NCBI GenBank assembly: GCA_963735595.1
Contig: CAVTLK010000001.1
Span: forward strand, 960,001-1,024,000
Direction: 5' to 3'
Origin: an uncultured delta proteobacterium
GTDB taxonomy: Bacteria; Desulfobacterota; Zymogenia; Zymogenales; Zymogenaceae
Length of the DNA stretch: 64,000 nucleotides
Below the pieces are notes generated by a model, which was given only the letters and a program-made list of their open reading frames with translations, was not told the origin of the DNA and made no database searches. This document shows positions 1-8,976 of the stretch, in pieces. Numbering within the stretch: position 1 is the stretch's first letter; each line of letters opens with the position of its first letter. The position numbers were made by a program, and so were the translations under genes.

Positions 1-927
1 CTGATCCTCACGGCGGCCCCGCTCACGGTACTGGCCGCCACCGTCACCATTGTCCATTCGTGCGACAACTATGGTGAGGTCATCCCCTGTGGGTGAGAAG
101 GCAAACGGCTGGGTGGTTTCGCCCGGCGCGCCACCGTGCTTAACGAGATCAGGAAGAACTATCCCAATGTCCTGGTCGCGGACGCGGGTAACTCCCTGTT
201 TGCGGCGACACGGTTGTCTTCGATTCACGAAGTGGCCGATAAGGAGGCCGCCCGGTACGTCGCCAAAGGCATGAGCCTGCTCAAATACGACGTCGCCAAC
301 ATCGGCCCCAACGATCTGGCGGCGGGTATCGATTTCCTCCTCGATATCAGGAAAGACGCCGGCTTCACGATGATCAGCTCAAATATCGTCTCGTCTAAGA
401 CTGCCGCGCCGATATTCGAGGCGTCGGTAGTCAAGACGATCGGGGGCGTCAGGGTGGGATTTTTCGGGGTCGCCGACGGCAATACCTCCGGCGCGCCCGA
501 TGGAGAGGGCTTTTTGTTTTTCGACCCCGAGACAACCGGGAGGCGCATGGTCGCCGAACTCTCGAAAAAGACGGACGTTATCGTAGCCCTGCTGGCGATG
601 GACCGGAAAGATGCGTATGATTTTGCCGCGGCTGTGCCGGGAATCGACCTCATCGTTACGACGGCCCAGCCCCAGCCGATCCCGGTCCCGAAATCGATTG
701 CCGCAACCTGGATAGCCAGCGGCGACGAAAAGGGGAAACGCCTCGGCAGGACCACGCTTGTCGTCGGCCCGTCTCGCCCCTACAGGGTCACCGGAGAGAT
801 CATCCCGATCGGCTCCCTGATCAACCGGGATTCCTCGATCAACAAGCTAGAAGACGATTACTATAACTGGCTCAAGGAGTATTCCCCGGAGTCCGCGGGC
901 GACCCGCCCGATACGATGGATGAGTAG
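1..927 (+). CDS. UshA/5'-nucleotidase-like (seleno)protein, 5'-partial, in-frame TGA at 94-96 probably selenocysteine
   Basis: Frame 1 is open from base 1: LILTAAPLTVLAATVTIVHSCDNYGEVIPCG-TGA-EGKRLGGFARRATV, continuing in frame into ORF 136..927 (DAGN, NIGPND, SSN). Metallophosphoesterase-like N-terminal pattern; hairpin just after the TGA. Confidence 0.8.
108..127 (+). promoter_or_regulatory. Candidate bacterial SECIS element
   Basis: GCTGGGTG-GTTT-CGCCCGGC: 8-bp stem (two G-U pairs), apical loop starting with G at 116, 19 nt after the in-frame TGA. Confidence 0.65.
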
Positions 928-930
928 CTG

Positions 931-1533
931 ATGCCACACGAGATAACCGGCGTGATCCTGGCGGGCGGGTCTTCCCACAGGATGGGTACCGACAAATCGT
1001 TCCTCGACCTGGGTGGTGAGCCGGTCATTGCGCACGTAATCAAGGTGATGGCCGCGGCGTTCCCGCGCGTGCTGCTGGTCACCAATGATCCCGATAAATA
1101 CGCCCGGTTCGGCCTTCCGATGACGCCCGACATCATACCCGGCATCGGGACGCTCGGAGGAATCCATGCAGGGCTCTCCTCTTTGAAGGGAGGCGGCGCT
1201 TTTTTTACCGCCGCCGACATGCCCTTTATCAAGCGCGCCCTGATCGATTATATGGTGGGGGCCTTCCATGAGACCGACGCCGTCGTCCCCTATATCAACG
1301 GGGAATACGAGCCGCTCCTGGCCATTTACTCCAGGCGGTGCCTCAAGGCGATCGAGAAGACCATCGCCTCCCGAAAACGCCGCGCGGTCGGTTTCCTGTC
1401 CAGTGTGCGCCTCAGGACGATACGGGACGACGAGTTCCGATCGGTCGATCCCGACTTCATTTCAACGTTTAATATCAATACGCCCGAGGATTATGTGCGG
1501 GCGCGGCTGATTGTGAAGGAGCAGGGCCGGTGA
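931..1533 (+). CDS. mobA: Molybdenum cofactor guanylyltransferase
   Basis: ILAGGSSHRMGTDK, GTLGGIHAGL, ADMPF, EPL, FNINTPED motifs. Confidence 0.92.
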   Translation: MPHEITGVILAGGSSHRMGTDKSFLDLGGEPVIAHVIKVMAAAFPRVLLVTNDPDKYARFGLPMTPDIIPGIGTLGGIHAGLSSLKGGGAFFTAADMPFIKRALIDYMVGAFHETDAVVPYINGEYEPLLAIYSRRCLKAIEKTIASRKRRAVGFLSSVRLRTIRDDEFRSVDPDFISTFNINTPEDYVRARLIVKEQGR

Positions 1534-2024
1534 TACCCATCGTCAGCATCGTCGGGTGGTCGGACAGCGGCAAGACCACCTACCTCGAAAAGCTGATACC
1601 CGAGCTGGCCGGGCGCGGGTACCGGATATGCGCCGTCAAGCACGATGTGCACGGTTTTGAGATCGATACGCCCGGCAAGGACAGCTGGCGTCTCAAGCGC
1701 GCCGGCGCCGCCGTTAGCGTGGTATCGGGGCCCGAGAGAATCGCCGTCGTTGCCGACACGGGCCGCGACCTGACGCTCTCCGAGATCCGGGAGCGCTTCA
1801 TCTCGGACGTGGACCTCATCGTCTCCGAGGGCTTCAAAAAAGATATCCACCCGAAGATCGAGGTCTTCCGCAAAGGCGTTCGGGACATGCTCTTGTGTAC
1901 GGCGGCCGACGGCTTGATCGCGGTGGCCGCGGACTGCCCGATCCCTTCGGAGGCACCGGTCATCGACCTGGATGACGTCGGTGCGATGGCAGATTTGATC
2001 GAGAAGGCGGTCATAAAGGCGTAA
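1530..2024 (+). CDS. mobB: Molybdopterin-guanine dinucleotide biosynthesis protein B
   Basis: P-loop GWSDSGKTT, VKHDVH, DTPGKDSW, EGFK; start overlaps the mobA stop (GTGA). Confidence 0.92.
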   Translation: MIPIVSIVGWSDSGKTTYLEKLIPELAGRGYRICAVKHDVHGFEIDTPGKDSWRLKRAGAAVSVVSGPERIAVVADTGRDLTLSEIRERFISDVDLIVSEGFKKDIHPKIEVFRKGVRDMLLCTAADGLIAVAADCPIPSEAPVIDLDDVGAMADLIEKAVIKA

Positions 2025-2084
2025 CACTTCCCTATCGGCCGCCGCACGTATCCCGCCGTTCCATGAATAGACAAGGAGTTATCA

Positions 2085-2900
2085 ATGATCATCGACACCC
2101 ACTCCCAGCTCTGGACGAAGGAGGCCATCGAAAGCTTCCCCAAGGCGATGGCCGAAGGGTACAAGGCCATGTTCAAGGACATGGGCTTCCCCTCGATCGA
2201 AGACACGCTGGCGGACATGGACGCCGCCGGCGTCGACAAGGCCGTCATCGTTGCGGTGGACGCCGAGACCATCCACAACTACCGGGTCTCAAACGACCTC
2301 GTGGCCGAGACGGTCTCTAAACACCCGGACCGGCTCATCGGTTTTGCAAGCGTCGATCCCCATAAAGGGGATAAAGGAGTAAGGGAGCTCGAACGGGCGG
2401 TCGGGGACCTGAAGCTCAGGGGATTGAAATTACTGCCCCACCTCGTGGAGCTTGATATAAACGACCCGGTAATCTACCCGCTGTACGAGGCGGCCCAGGA
2501 GCTGGGCGTACCCGTTCTCTTTCATACCGGCACGCAGTTCCACGCGGGAACAAAGATAAAATACTGCCGCCCGCTGTTCGTTGACGACGTAGCGGTCGAC
2601 TTCCCGCGCCTGAAACTGGTCATAGCCCATTTCGGCTATCCCTGGTGGGAGGAGGCGCTGGCCGTGGTCAGGAGGAACCCCTTCGTCTATTTCAACATAG
2701 CCGGCTGGGCGCCCCGATACATCCCTGAAGGAGTCATCCGCCTTGCCGATACGGCGCTGACGGGCAAGGTCCTGTTCGGCAGCGACTACCCGCTCCTTTC
2801 CCGGGTCCGCATCATGAAGGAGATCAGGGAGCTCGGCATCAAGGAGACGACGTTTGCGGCGATGACCGATACCAACCCGAGGGCGCTCCTCGGGATCTGA
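2085..2900 (+). CDS. Amidohydrolase_2 family metal-dependent hydrolase
   Basis: IIDTHSQ, GLKL, FHTG, IAHFG, LFGSDYP motifs; AAGGAG RBS. Confidence 0.85.
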   Translation: MIIDTHSQLWTKEAIESFPKAMAEGYKAMFKDMGFPSIEDTLADMDAAGVDKAVIVAVDAETIHNYRVSNDLVAETVSKHPDRLIGFASVDPHKGDKGVRELERAVGDLKLRGLKLLPHLVELDINDPVIYPLYEAAQELGVPVLFHTGTQFHAGTKIKYCRPLFVDDVAVDFPRLKLVIAHFGYPWWEEALAVVRRNPFVYFNIAGWAPRYIPEGVIRLADTALTGKVLFGSDYPLLSRVRIMKEIRELGIKETTFAAMTDTNPRALLGI

Positions 2901-2946
2901 CTCCGGTAGAGACGCGGGTCTGTCTCCGGGTAATAGGGCACATGGT

Positions 2947-3144
2947 ATGGACTGTACGGAGCTGAAGAAGAATCTGGATCGATGCGGGTGCACGTACATC
3001 GCCTGTTCCCGAAAGGGCCTGTGCTGCGAGTGTGTCGCTCATCATCGCAAGAAGAACGAGATACCGGGATGTTTCTTCCCTCCCGGGGACGAGAAGACCT
3101 ACGACCGCTCGATCGCGCGGTTCATCAGGGCCTGGTCGAAATAG
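2947..3144 (+). CDS. Small Cys-rich conserved protein (DUF6485-like)
   Basis: CGCTY..CSRKGLCCECVAHH..EIPGCFFP..EKTYDRS pattern. Confidence 0.7.
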   Translation: MDCTELKKNLDRCGCTYIACSRKGLCCECVAHHRKKNEIPGCFFPPGDEKTYDRSIARFIRAWSK

Positions 3145-3159
3145 GCCGCATCTTCACAT

Positions 3160-3184
3160 AAAAAGGCCCCCCGGTGGGGGGCCT
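3160..3184 (-). terminator. Intrinsic terminator-like hairpin between convergent genes
   Basis: AGGCCCCCC-GGT-GGGGGGCCT with an adjacent A-run (U-tail on the minus strand). Confidence 0.55.
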
Positions 3185-3293
3185 GAATGTCGCGAAACGG
3201 GACGGCCGGTCGGCCACGATACGCCTGACGGGCCTGACCGCTGACGGCTATACGACGCCCGGGCGTCGCCGGACCGGGCGGAGACCGATTGGC

Positions 3294-3824
3294 CTATTTA
3301 TTATTCTTGAGGGCGGCGTCCAGCCGCTTCTTGAGATCGGCGATCTCGGCATCCTTTTTTTCAAGCAATGATTCCAGATCCACCCGGGTTTGCTTGAGCT
3401 CATCGCGGTTGCGCTTGCGCTCGATGGAATGACGGATCGAGCGGATAAGGACCGCGGGATTTACGATCCCCTTGAACAGGTAGTCCTGCGCGCCCTCCCT
3501 GACGGCGAGGATCGCCGTTTCGTCATCCTCGAGGGCCGACATCACCACGACCGGGACATCCGTAGCGGCTTCCCGTAGCTTGAAAAAGGTGAATATCCCC
3601 TCGCTGTCGGGAAGCAACAGGTCCAGCAGGACTACGTCGATTCCGCCGCCCTTTAGCCGGCTGATACCCTTTTCGAGGTTCTCGACCCGCTCGAAATTGA
3701 ACGGCTCGCCTTCTATCTCGGTAATCATCTTCTGGACCATCCGGGCAAACCCGGTATCATCCTCGATGAGCAAGACCTGTGTGGAACCATCCCCGCCGAT
3801 CTTTCCGACTTCCCAATGCGGCAT
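3294..3824 (-). CDS. Response regulator receiver protein with C-terminal coiled coil
   Basis: LLIEDD, VLLDLLLPD, VMSA, GAQDYLFK. Confidence 0.88.
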   Translation of the reverse strand: MPHWEVGKIGGDGSTQVLLIEDDTGFARMVQKMITEIEGEPFNFERVENLEKGISRLKGGGIDVVLLDLLLPDSEGIFTFFKLREAATDVPVVVMSALEDDETAILAVREGAQDYLFKGIVNPAVLIRSIRHSIERKRNRDELKQTRVDLESLLEKKDAEIADLKKRLDAALKNNK

Positions 3825-4234
3825 CTTCGTAGCTCCTTAGTAATTGACCCTTCAAATAGGATGTGCAGGCGGTATGATGATGTACAGGATGGTTAGGCCT
3901 GTGCCCGCTCTTTAACGGTCACAAAATGAGAGCATTTATTTATCTATCATCATTTCTTAATAATGTCAATCATATTCAGGCCCGATTTGAGTTGCCGGTT
4001 CGTTTTAAGTTCTATATCGGATCGGGACGTGGACGCCGGCAATCACGAGGAGAGACCGTGTAGTAGGACACGCTGAGACGAGACAACGGATGTCGTCCCT
4101 TCGATCACGATTGAAGAAATATATAAAAAAAGTGAAAAACTGTATGGATATTGTAAGAGAAATACTCTATAATTCGGCCAATACTGGATTATGTCTCTGT
4201 GTTAGTCTTTCACTACACCACCAAGAGGCGTATC

Positions 4235-4822
4235 ATGGGCGAGGAGCAGAAAATGGCGACGAACATGGCGATACGGGCGGCAGTCGACGGGATTCACGAG
4301 ATCGTTGGAGATAACGGCGCGAAGATCCTCTTCAGAAATATCGGTTTTTCTCATATCTACGAGAACCCCCCCGGATACACCTGGGAGCCCTGTATGACGG
4401 TGCCGGAGCAGGCCAAGATTTACGGCGAGATCATCAACCTGGTCGGCCTGAACGGAGGTATCGGCATCTGGCGGCGGATCGGTTATACTAACATTAAATA
4501 TGCCGTGGAGATCGGGCACGTCCTTGACGCGTTCATGGACCTCCCGCCGGCCGAGAAGTACCTCCGGGGCATGGAAATCTTCTGCGCCGCCTCCGGCAAG
4601 GGTAAGCCCGTTCCCCGCGAGGACGGCCTTGCCGATTTTGACTGCCCCGACTGCCTGTTGTGCGCTGCGTACAAGACCGACCGGGTCATGTGCGGTGTAT
4701 ATGAAGGCACCACCCAGTTCATGGTCGATTTTGCCTTTGGCAAGGGGAAATACCTGGTGCGGGAGACCATGTGCAAGGCTAAGGGCGACGAGACCTGCTA
4801 TTTTACCCTCATACAAAAATAG
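4235..4822 (+). CDS. V4R (4-vinyl reductase) domain protein
   Basis: DCLLC...MCGVYEG...VRETMCKAKGDETCYF; start placed at ATG 4235 behind AAGAGG. Confidence 0.75.
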   Translation: MGEEQKMATNMAIRAAVDGIHEIVGDNGAKILFRNIGFSHIYENPPGYTWEPCMTVPEQAKIYGEIINLVGLNGGIGIWRRIGYTNIKYAVEIGHVLDAFMDLPPAEKYLRGMEIFCAASGKGKPVPREDGLADFDCPDCLLCAAYKTDRVMCGVYEGTTQFMVDFAFGKGKYLVRETMCKAKGDETCYFTLIQK

Positions 4823-5095
4823 GACCGGGCCTCGGCCGTCGCATTACCGCCGCCTTATCCCCATCCCGTACCGCCCGGGCGGCCGATGCGACGTTGGGCC
4901 GCCCGCCCGTGCAGGCCGGTGGCGCGTTCCGTAATACGTAATTGAGTAGTCTCGCGAAAGACCTTCCAAAAATGCGACAATAATCCCCTAAAAGATGATA
5001 GAGTAATCGATAGGCAGTCAAACCGATGGAATCGACGCATATGCGCCGCGCTGCCCGACGCTGACCGATTACACCGTACATGAGAGGGCCCGCAT

Positions 5096-5998
5096 ATGTT
5101 GCCGACGTTCCCGGAATTCAAACCGATAGAGCTTTCAGACCGCCCGGACATCACCGGGTTTCTGGACCGCTACCGTCCTCGCACCTCCGAGCTGACGTTC
5201 ACCAATCTCTTCATCTGGAGACGATATTTCCAATGGGAGTGGTCGATCCTCGACGGCCGGCTGATCGTTATCGCGGCGGCGACGACGGGCGGCGGATTTG
5301 CCCTCCCCCCCGTCGGTGACGCACCCCGCGCCGACGTCACCCGGTCCCTTCTTGACTACCTGGGCCGCAACCGGGGGGTCCAAACTCCCGGCATCCAGCG
5401 GGCCGACCGCCGGCTCGCCGACGAGCTGGCCAACGCGGACGGTTTTACCGTTGACGAGACCCGGGAGCACTTCGACTACGTCTACGCGTCAAAAGACCTT
5501 ATCGAGCTTGCCGGCAGGAAATATCACGCCAAACGTAACTACATCAACCGGTTCCGAATGGAATACGAGTTTACCTACGAGCCGCTGGCCGATACCCACG
5601 TAGCCGCCTGCCTTGACCTCGCCGACGAGTGGTGCCGGGCCCGCCGCTGCTGGGACGACCTGGGCCTTTCGGGGGAACACGAAGCCGTCAGGGAGGCCCT
5701 TACGCACCACGCCGACCTGGGCCTTTCCGGCGGAGTGATAACAATGGACGGGAAGGTGCGGGCCTTTACGCTGGCCGAGGCCCTTAACGGCGATACGGCC
5801 GTCATCCACGTGGAGAAAGCCGATCCCGATGTCCGGGGGCTTTACGCGATGATCAACCAGCAATTCTGCCGGCAGTCCCTTTCGGGATTTGCCCATGTCA
5901 ACCGTGAGCAGGATTTGGGAGACGAGGGGCTGCGCAAGGCCAAGGAGTCTTACTTTCCCGAACGGCTGGAGGAGAAGTACCGGGTGACGATGAGATGA
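5096..5998 (+). CDS. DUF2156 / phosphatidylglycerol lysyltransferase C-terminal-like (GNAT) protein
   Basis: SELTFTNLFIW, FDYVY, GRKYHAKRN, IHVEKA, NREQDLGDEGLRKAKESY. Confidence 0.85.
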   Translation: MLPTFPEFKPIELSDRPDITGFLDRYRPRTSELTFTNLFIWRRYFQWEWSILDGRLIVIAAATTGGGFALPPVGDAPRADVTRSLLDYLGRNRGVQTPGIQRADRRLADELANADGFTVDETREHFDYVYASKDLIELAGRKYHAKRNYINRFRMEYEFTYEPLADTHVAACLDLADEWCRARRCWDDLGLSGEHEAVREALTHHADLGLSGGVITMDGKVRAFTLAEALNGDTAVIHVEKADPDVRGLYAMINQQFCRQSLSGFAHVNREQDLGDEGLRKAKESYFPERLEEKYRVTMR

Positions 5999-5999
5999 G
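5958..5999 (+). repeat. Direct repeat copy 1 (3' end of the DUF2156 gene)
   Basis: CCGAACGGCTGGAGGAGAAGTACCGGGTG matches 7015-7043 at 27/29; similarity continues through the stop codon. Confidence 0.8.
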
Positions 6000-6040
6000 A
6001 TCATAGCGTGTACCTCTTTTGGAACTGGCTTTTTATCGGG

Positions 6041-6069
6041 TTGTGATTTCAGCGCTTATCAAGTATAAT
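6041..6069 (+). promoter_or_regulatory. Sigma-70-type promoter of the HEPN-MNT pair
   Basis: TTGTGA-17 nt-TATAAT, ending 8 nt before ATG 6078. Confidence 0.55.
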
Positions 6070-6077
6070 AAAGGGTA

Positions 6078-6464
6078 ATGAAAGATATCGTTAAGAATTG
6101 GATAGATTCGGCCACATATGATCTTGACACTGCCGAGCATCTATTCGAGAGCGGTAGGTACATCTATTGCGTTTTCTTTTGCCACCTTGCCCTCGAAAAG
6201 GTATTGAAGGCGGCCGTCGAGAAGACGACAAATAGCCATCCTCCTAAGACGCATGACCTGGAGTATTTGTTGGAGCTCTCCGGCATCGACATCGATGAGG
6301 AAAGGGAGGCGTTCCTCGGCGATATCAGCAACGTAAGCACGGCGACGCGATACCCTAACGACACCGAACGCTTAGTTAGGGAATACTCAAAAGATCGAAC
6401 AAAGAAGATCCTCACCCGAACAAAGGAGGTATTTCGGTGGATAGAGCAATTAATAAAATCGTAG
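6078..6464 (+). CDS. HEPN domain protein
   Basis: FFCHLALEKVLKA, PPKTHDL, ATRYP; overlaps the MNT gene. Confidence 0.88.
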   Translation: MKDIVKNWIDSATYDLDTAEHLFESGRYIYCVFFCHLALEKVLKAAVEKTTNSHPPKTHDLEYLLELSGIDIDEEREAFLGDISNVSTATRYPNDTERLVREYSKDRTKKILTRTKEVFRWIEQLIKS

Positions 6465-6754
6465 CCGAATACCGGGATCGGCTGGAGAAGAAAGGCATCG
6501 CCGTTAAGAAAATTATTCTGTACGGCTCGCAAGCCATTGGCACTACTCATAAAGACAGTGATATCGATCTTGCCGTTATCTCCGATGATTTCAAGGAAAT
6601 GGATCTCTTTGAGCGCTTGAGCTTCCTCGGGCGTATGCGCGTCGGTTTACGGAGACCGATGGAAATCATCGGCCTGACCGAGGAAGAATACGATCGTCCG
6701 CCGACGTCGTTCATCCGCGACGAGGTGAAGGCGAAGGGGATAGTTATTAGGTAG
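6437..6754 (+). CDS. Minimal nucleotidyltransferase (MNT) domain protein
   Basis: ILYGSQA...DSDIDLAVIS motif; 105 aa. Confidence 0.88.
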   Translation: MDRAINKIVAEYRDRLEKKGIAVKKIILYGSQAIGTTHKDSDIDLAVISDDFKEMDLFERLSFLGRMRVGLRRPMEIIGLTEEEYDRPPTSFIRDEVKAKGIVIR

Positions 6755-6755
6755 G

Positions 6756-7055
6756 ATGGAAGACCTATCGGAGATATATACCAAGTTAATGGCAATCGAA
6801 AATCTATCGGGCATTGAGAACGATAGAGCCATAAGCCACATTGGCGAATTGGCAAATACCTCTCTTGACCTGCGCAAAGAAGAAGGATTAGAAAGGGCAA
6901 TAAGCCTATCGGAGGAGCTTGAAAGAAGGGATCTCGCTCCCGCCCAGTATTCGGTATTCTATTATAATTTCGCAAACTTCTGGTCTTGGATAGGAAAACT
7001 GAGGAGAAAAGGAACCGAGCGGTTGGAGGAGAAGTACCGGGTGGGGTTGAAATGA
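6756..7055 (+). pseudogene. Truncated helical protein fragment fused to a duplicated DUF2156 C-terminus
   Basis: Ends ERLEEKYRVGLK versus ERLEEKYRVTMR for 5096..5998; N-terminal part reminiscent (from memory, unverified) of the LA2681-family HEPN protein N-terminus. Confidence 0.5.
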
Positions 7056-7056
7056 G
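7015..7056 (+). repeat. Direct repeat copy 2
   Basis: CCGAGCGGTTGGAGGAGAAGTACCGGGTGGGGTTGAAATGAG, imperfect copy of 5958-5999. Confidence 0.8.
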
Positions 7057-7088
7057 GCTGTCCTATCGTAAGGTAAGCCGTTTCCCCT

Positions 7089-7463
7089 TTAGGCCGGGTC
7101 CGCCGGCCATAGCCTATTCTCATGTTCCTTGTCGAACGCCGGCGAATTGGCCGTCAGGTATTCCAGGGCGACGGTTCCGGTGTTTTTGATCCCGTGCTTC
7201 CTGTTTGAGGGTATATAGATCGCGTCTCCTTCGGTAACCTCCCTGGTCTCCCCGTCAATGATCATGAGGCCCTTCCCCTTGACTATATAGTAGCATTGTT
7301 CGGGGCCGTGGCTGTGAACCGGCTGTTCGGAGGCAACGGGTACCTCCGAGACCTGTATGGAAACATGTCTAGTCGGGCTATTCTGCGGACTGATGAGCAG
7401 CCATGACGTGAGCGTTTGCAGCGACCCGGTATTCTTTGAGTTGGCCCTGTTGAAGACTTCCAT
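7089..7463 (-). CDS. Cupin domain protein
   Basis: HSHGPEQCYYIVKGKG...GDAIYIPSNRKHGIKN; start placed at ATG 7463 behind GGAGG. Confidence 0.85.
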   Translation of the reverse strand: MEVFNRANSKNTGSLQTLTSWLLISPQNSPTRHVSIQVSEVPVASEQPVHSHGPEQCYYIVKGKGLMIIDGETREVTEGDAIYIPSNRKHGIKNTGTVALEYLTANSPAFDKEHENRLWPADPA

Positions 7464-7554
7464 GCGTTCCTCCGAAAAATGTCCGGTTCGGCTCCCAGCC
7501 ATTTTGTTGGGCTACACGACTCCCTGCCGACATCCCCGTTATCCCTGTTGACAT

Positions 7555-7583
7555 AAAAAAGGGCCGTTTCCCCGGCCCTTTTT
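7555..7583. terminator. Bidirectional-type intrinsic terminator
   Basis: AAAAAAGGGCCG-TTTCCC-CGGCCCTTTTT downstream of the bactofilin gene. Confidence 0.7.
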
Positions 7584-7607
7584 AAACTCACGGTATGTCT
7601 GGACGGT

Positions 7608-8081
7608 CTATTCCAGTCCCGGGGTCTCCGGCTCCAGGATGATCGGCTCGCCCGTCTTTTCCTTTTTGACCTGTTTTTCCTTTTTCATAGTGATGTTGCC
7701 CTCGAAGAGGACGCCGTCGGCAATCATCAGGCGGTTGGCGTTGATATCGCCGAATATCTGGCCGGTTGGCTGCGCTTCGAGGATGTTGCGCGCCTCTATA
7801 TTCCCGGTGATCTTGCCGGCAATGATGATATCGTCGGCCTTGATATTGCCCTTTATCTCGCCGGTCTCGCCCACGATCACCTTGGACGAGATGTTTAGCT
7901 CGCCCTTGACGATCCCGTCGATGCCGACGCTCGTTCCGCCGGTGATTTTACCCTCCACCGTCGTCCCCTTGGCAATATAGCACTCGCAGTCCCGCCTCGG
8001 GCGGGTTGTCATATCGATATCGGCGCTGCCCCTCTTTGCCTCCTCGCTCTGCTCTTCTATCTTTTTATCAAAAAATCCCAT
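7608..8081 (-). CDS. Bactofilin (polymer-forming cytoskeletal protein)
   Basis: IAKGTTVEGKI...IDGIVKGEL...GKITGNI...IADGVLFEGNITM beta-helix repeats. Confidence 0.88.
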   Translation of the reverse strand: MGFFDKKIEEQSEEAKRGSADIDMTTRPRRDCECYIAKGTTVEGKITGGTSVGIDGIVKGELNISSKVIVGETGEIKGNIKADDIIIAGKITGNIEARNILEAQPTGQIFGDINANRLMIADGVLFEGNITMKKEKQVKKEKTGEPIILEPETPGLE

Positions 8082-8329
8082 ATACGTGCCTCCTTTTCTT
8101 AGCTAATCACGATATACCAGCCGGGCCCGATTGTCAAGAGGTTATTGAAAAAGCGGAGCCGGCGGGGCGGCCGGGCCCCCGGGCAAATAGACATACAAAA
8201 AAAAGTGTGACGGGGAAAACAGAAATCCGCCGAAGGTTAAAGGAAAATTGATATAATAGTCCGTACGGCGGCACAGGCGCCGTGCTCAGGCCCCGTGACT
8301 AATAAATTACCAACAAATGGAGAGCGGCC

Positions 8330-8884
8330 ATGTTGAAACAGAGTAAGGTACAGGAACGTGCTCCGGCGAATAGGCACCCGGCGTATGACAGGGTCGTCCG
8401 GTTCTTCTCGGACAGGTCGGTATGGATTCCCGCCGTTATGTGCGTCGTTATCGTCCTCTTGGTGGCGGCCACGATCGTCATCGCGCTCCAGGTGAGCTGC
8501 CTGCACGGCCGGGTAGCATCGGCGGAGGAGAAGCTGGCGGCCCTCACCGAAAGCACCGCCAGCCTCCAGCCCGGCTGGGTCGACAGCTCGTTTGTCGACG
8601 TCCAGCCCATCGGCCTGGGGTTCTCGCTAGTCGATTTAAAGACGGAGACGGTTGACGCCGGGGTGCGGGTTACCGGCGCGATCATCAACGGGGGCAGCCT
8701 TAACCACTATGACGCGGCCTTTACCGTCAGCCTCGGGGCTAACAGGCAGGCAAAGGTCGTTATCCCGGAGCTTGCCGCCGGCCACAGCGCCCCGTTTGAG
8801 GCAATCGTCGGCCCGGCCGCAGACAAGAGCGTCCCGAAAAAGGTGCGCATCCTCTTTGCGGGCTCCACGGTGTCGTATTACTAA
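8330..8884 (+). CDS. Hypothetical single-pass membrane protein
   Basis: GGAG RBS, hydrophobic segment, short coiled coil, beta-rich C-terminus. Confidence 0.6.
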   Translation: MLKQSKVQERAPANRHPAYDRVVRFFSDRSVWIPAVMCVVIVLLVAATIVIALQVSCLHGRVASAEEKLAALTESTASLQPGWVDSSFVDVQPIGLGFSLVDLKTETVDAGVRVTGAIINGGSLNHYDAAFTVSLGANRQAKVVIPELAAGHSAPFEAIVGPAADKSVPKKVRILFAGSTVSYY

Positions 8885-8976
8885 ACGGGTTCGATTACCC
8901 GCAGGTTTCGGAACCGGCGTCGATGCCCCGCGGAGGATTGCGGGGTTGACATCGTAAAGGCGGGAGGATAGTCGCG

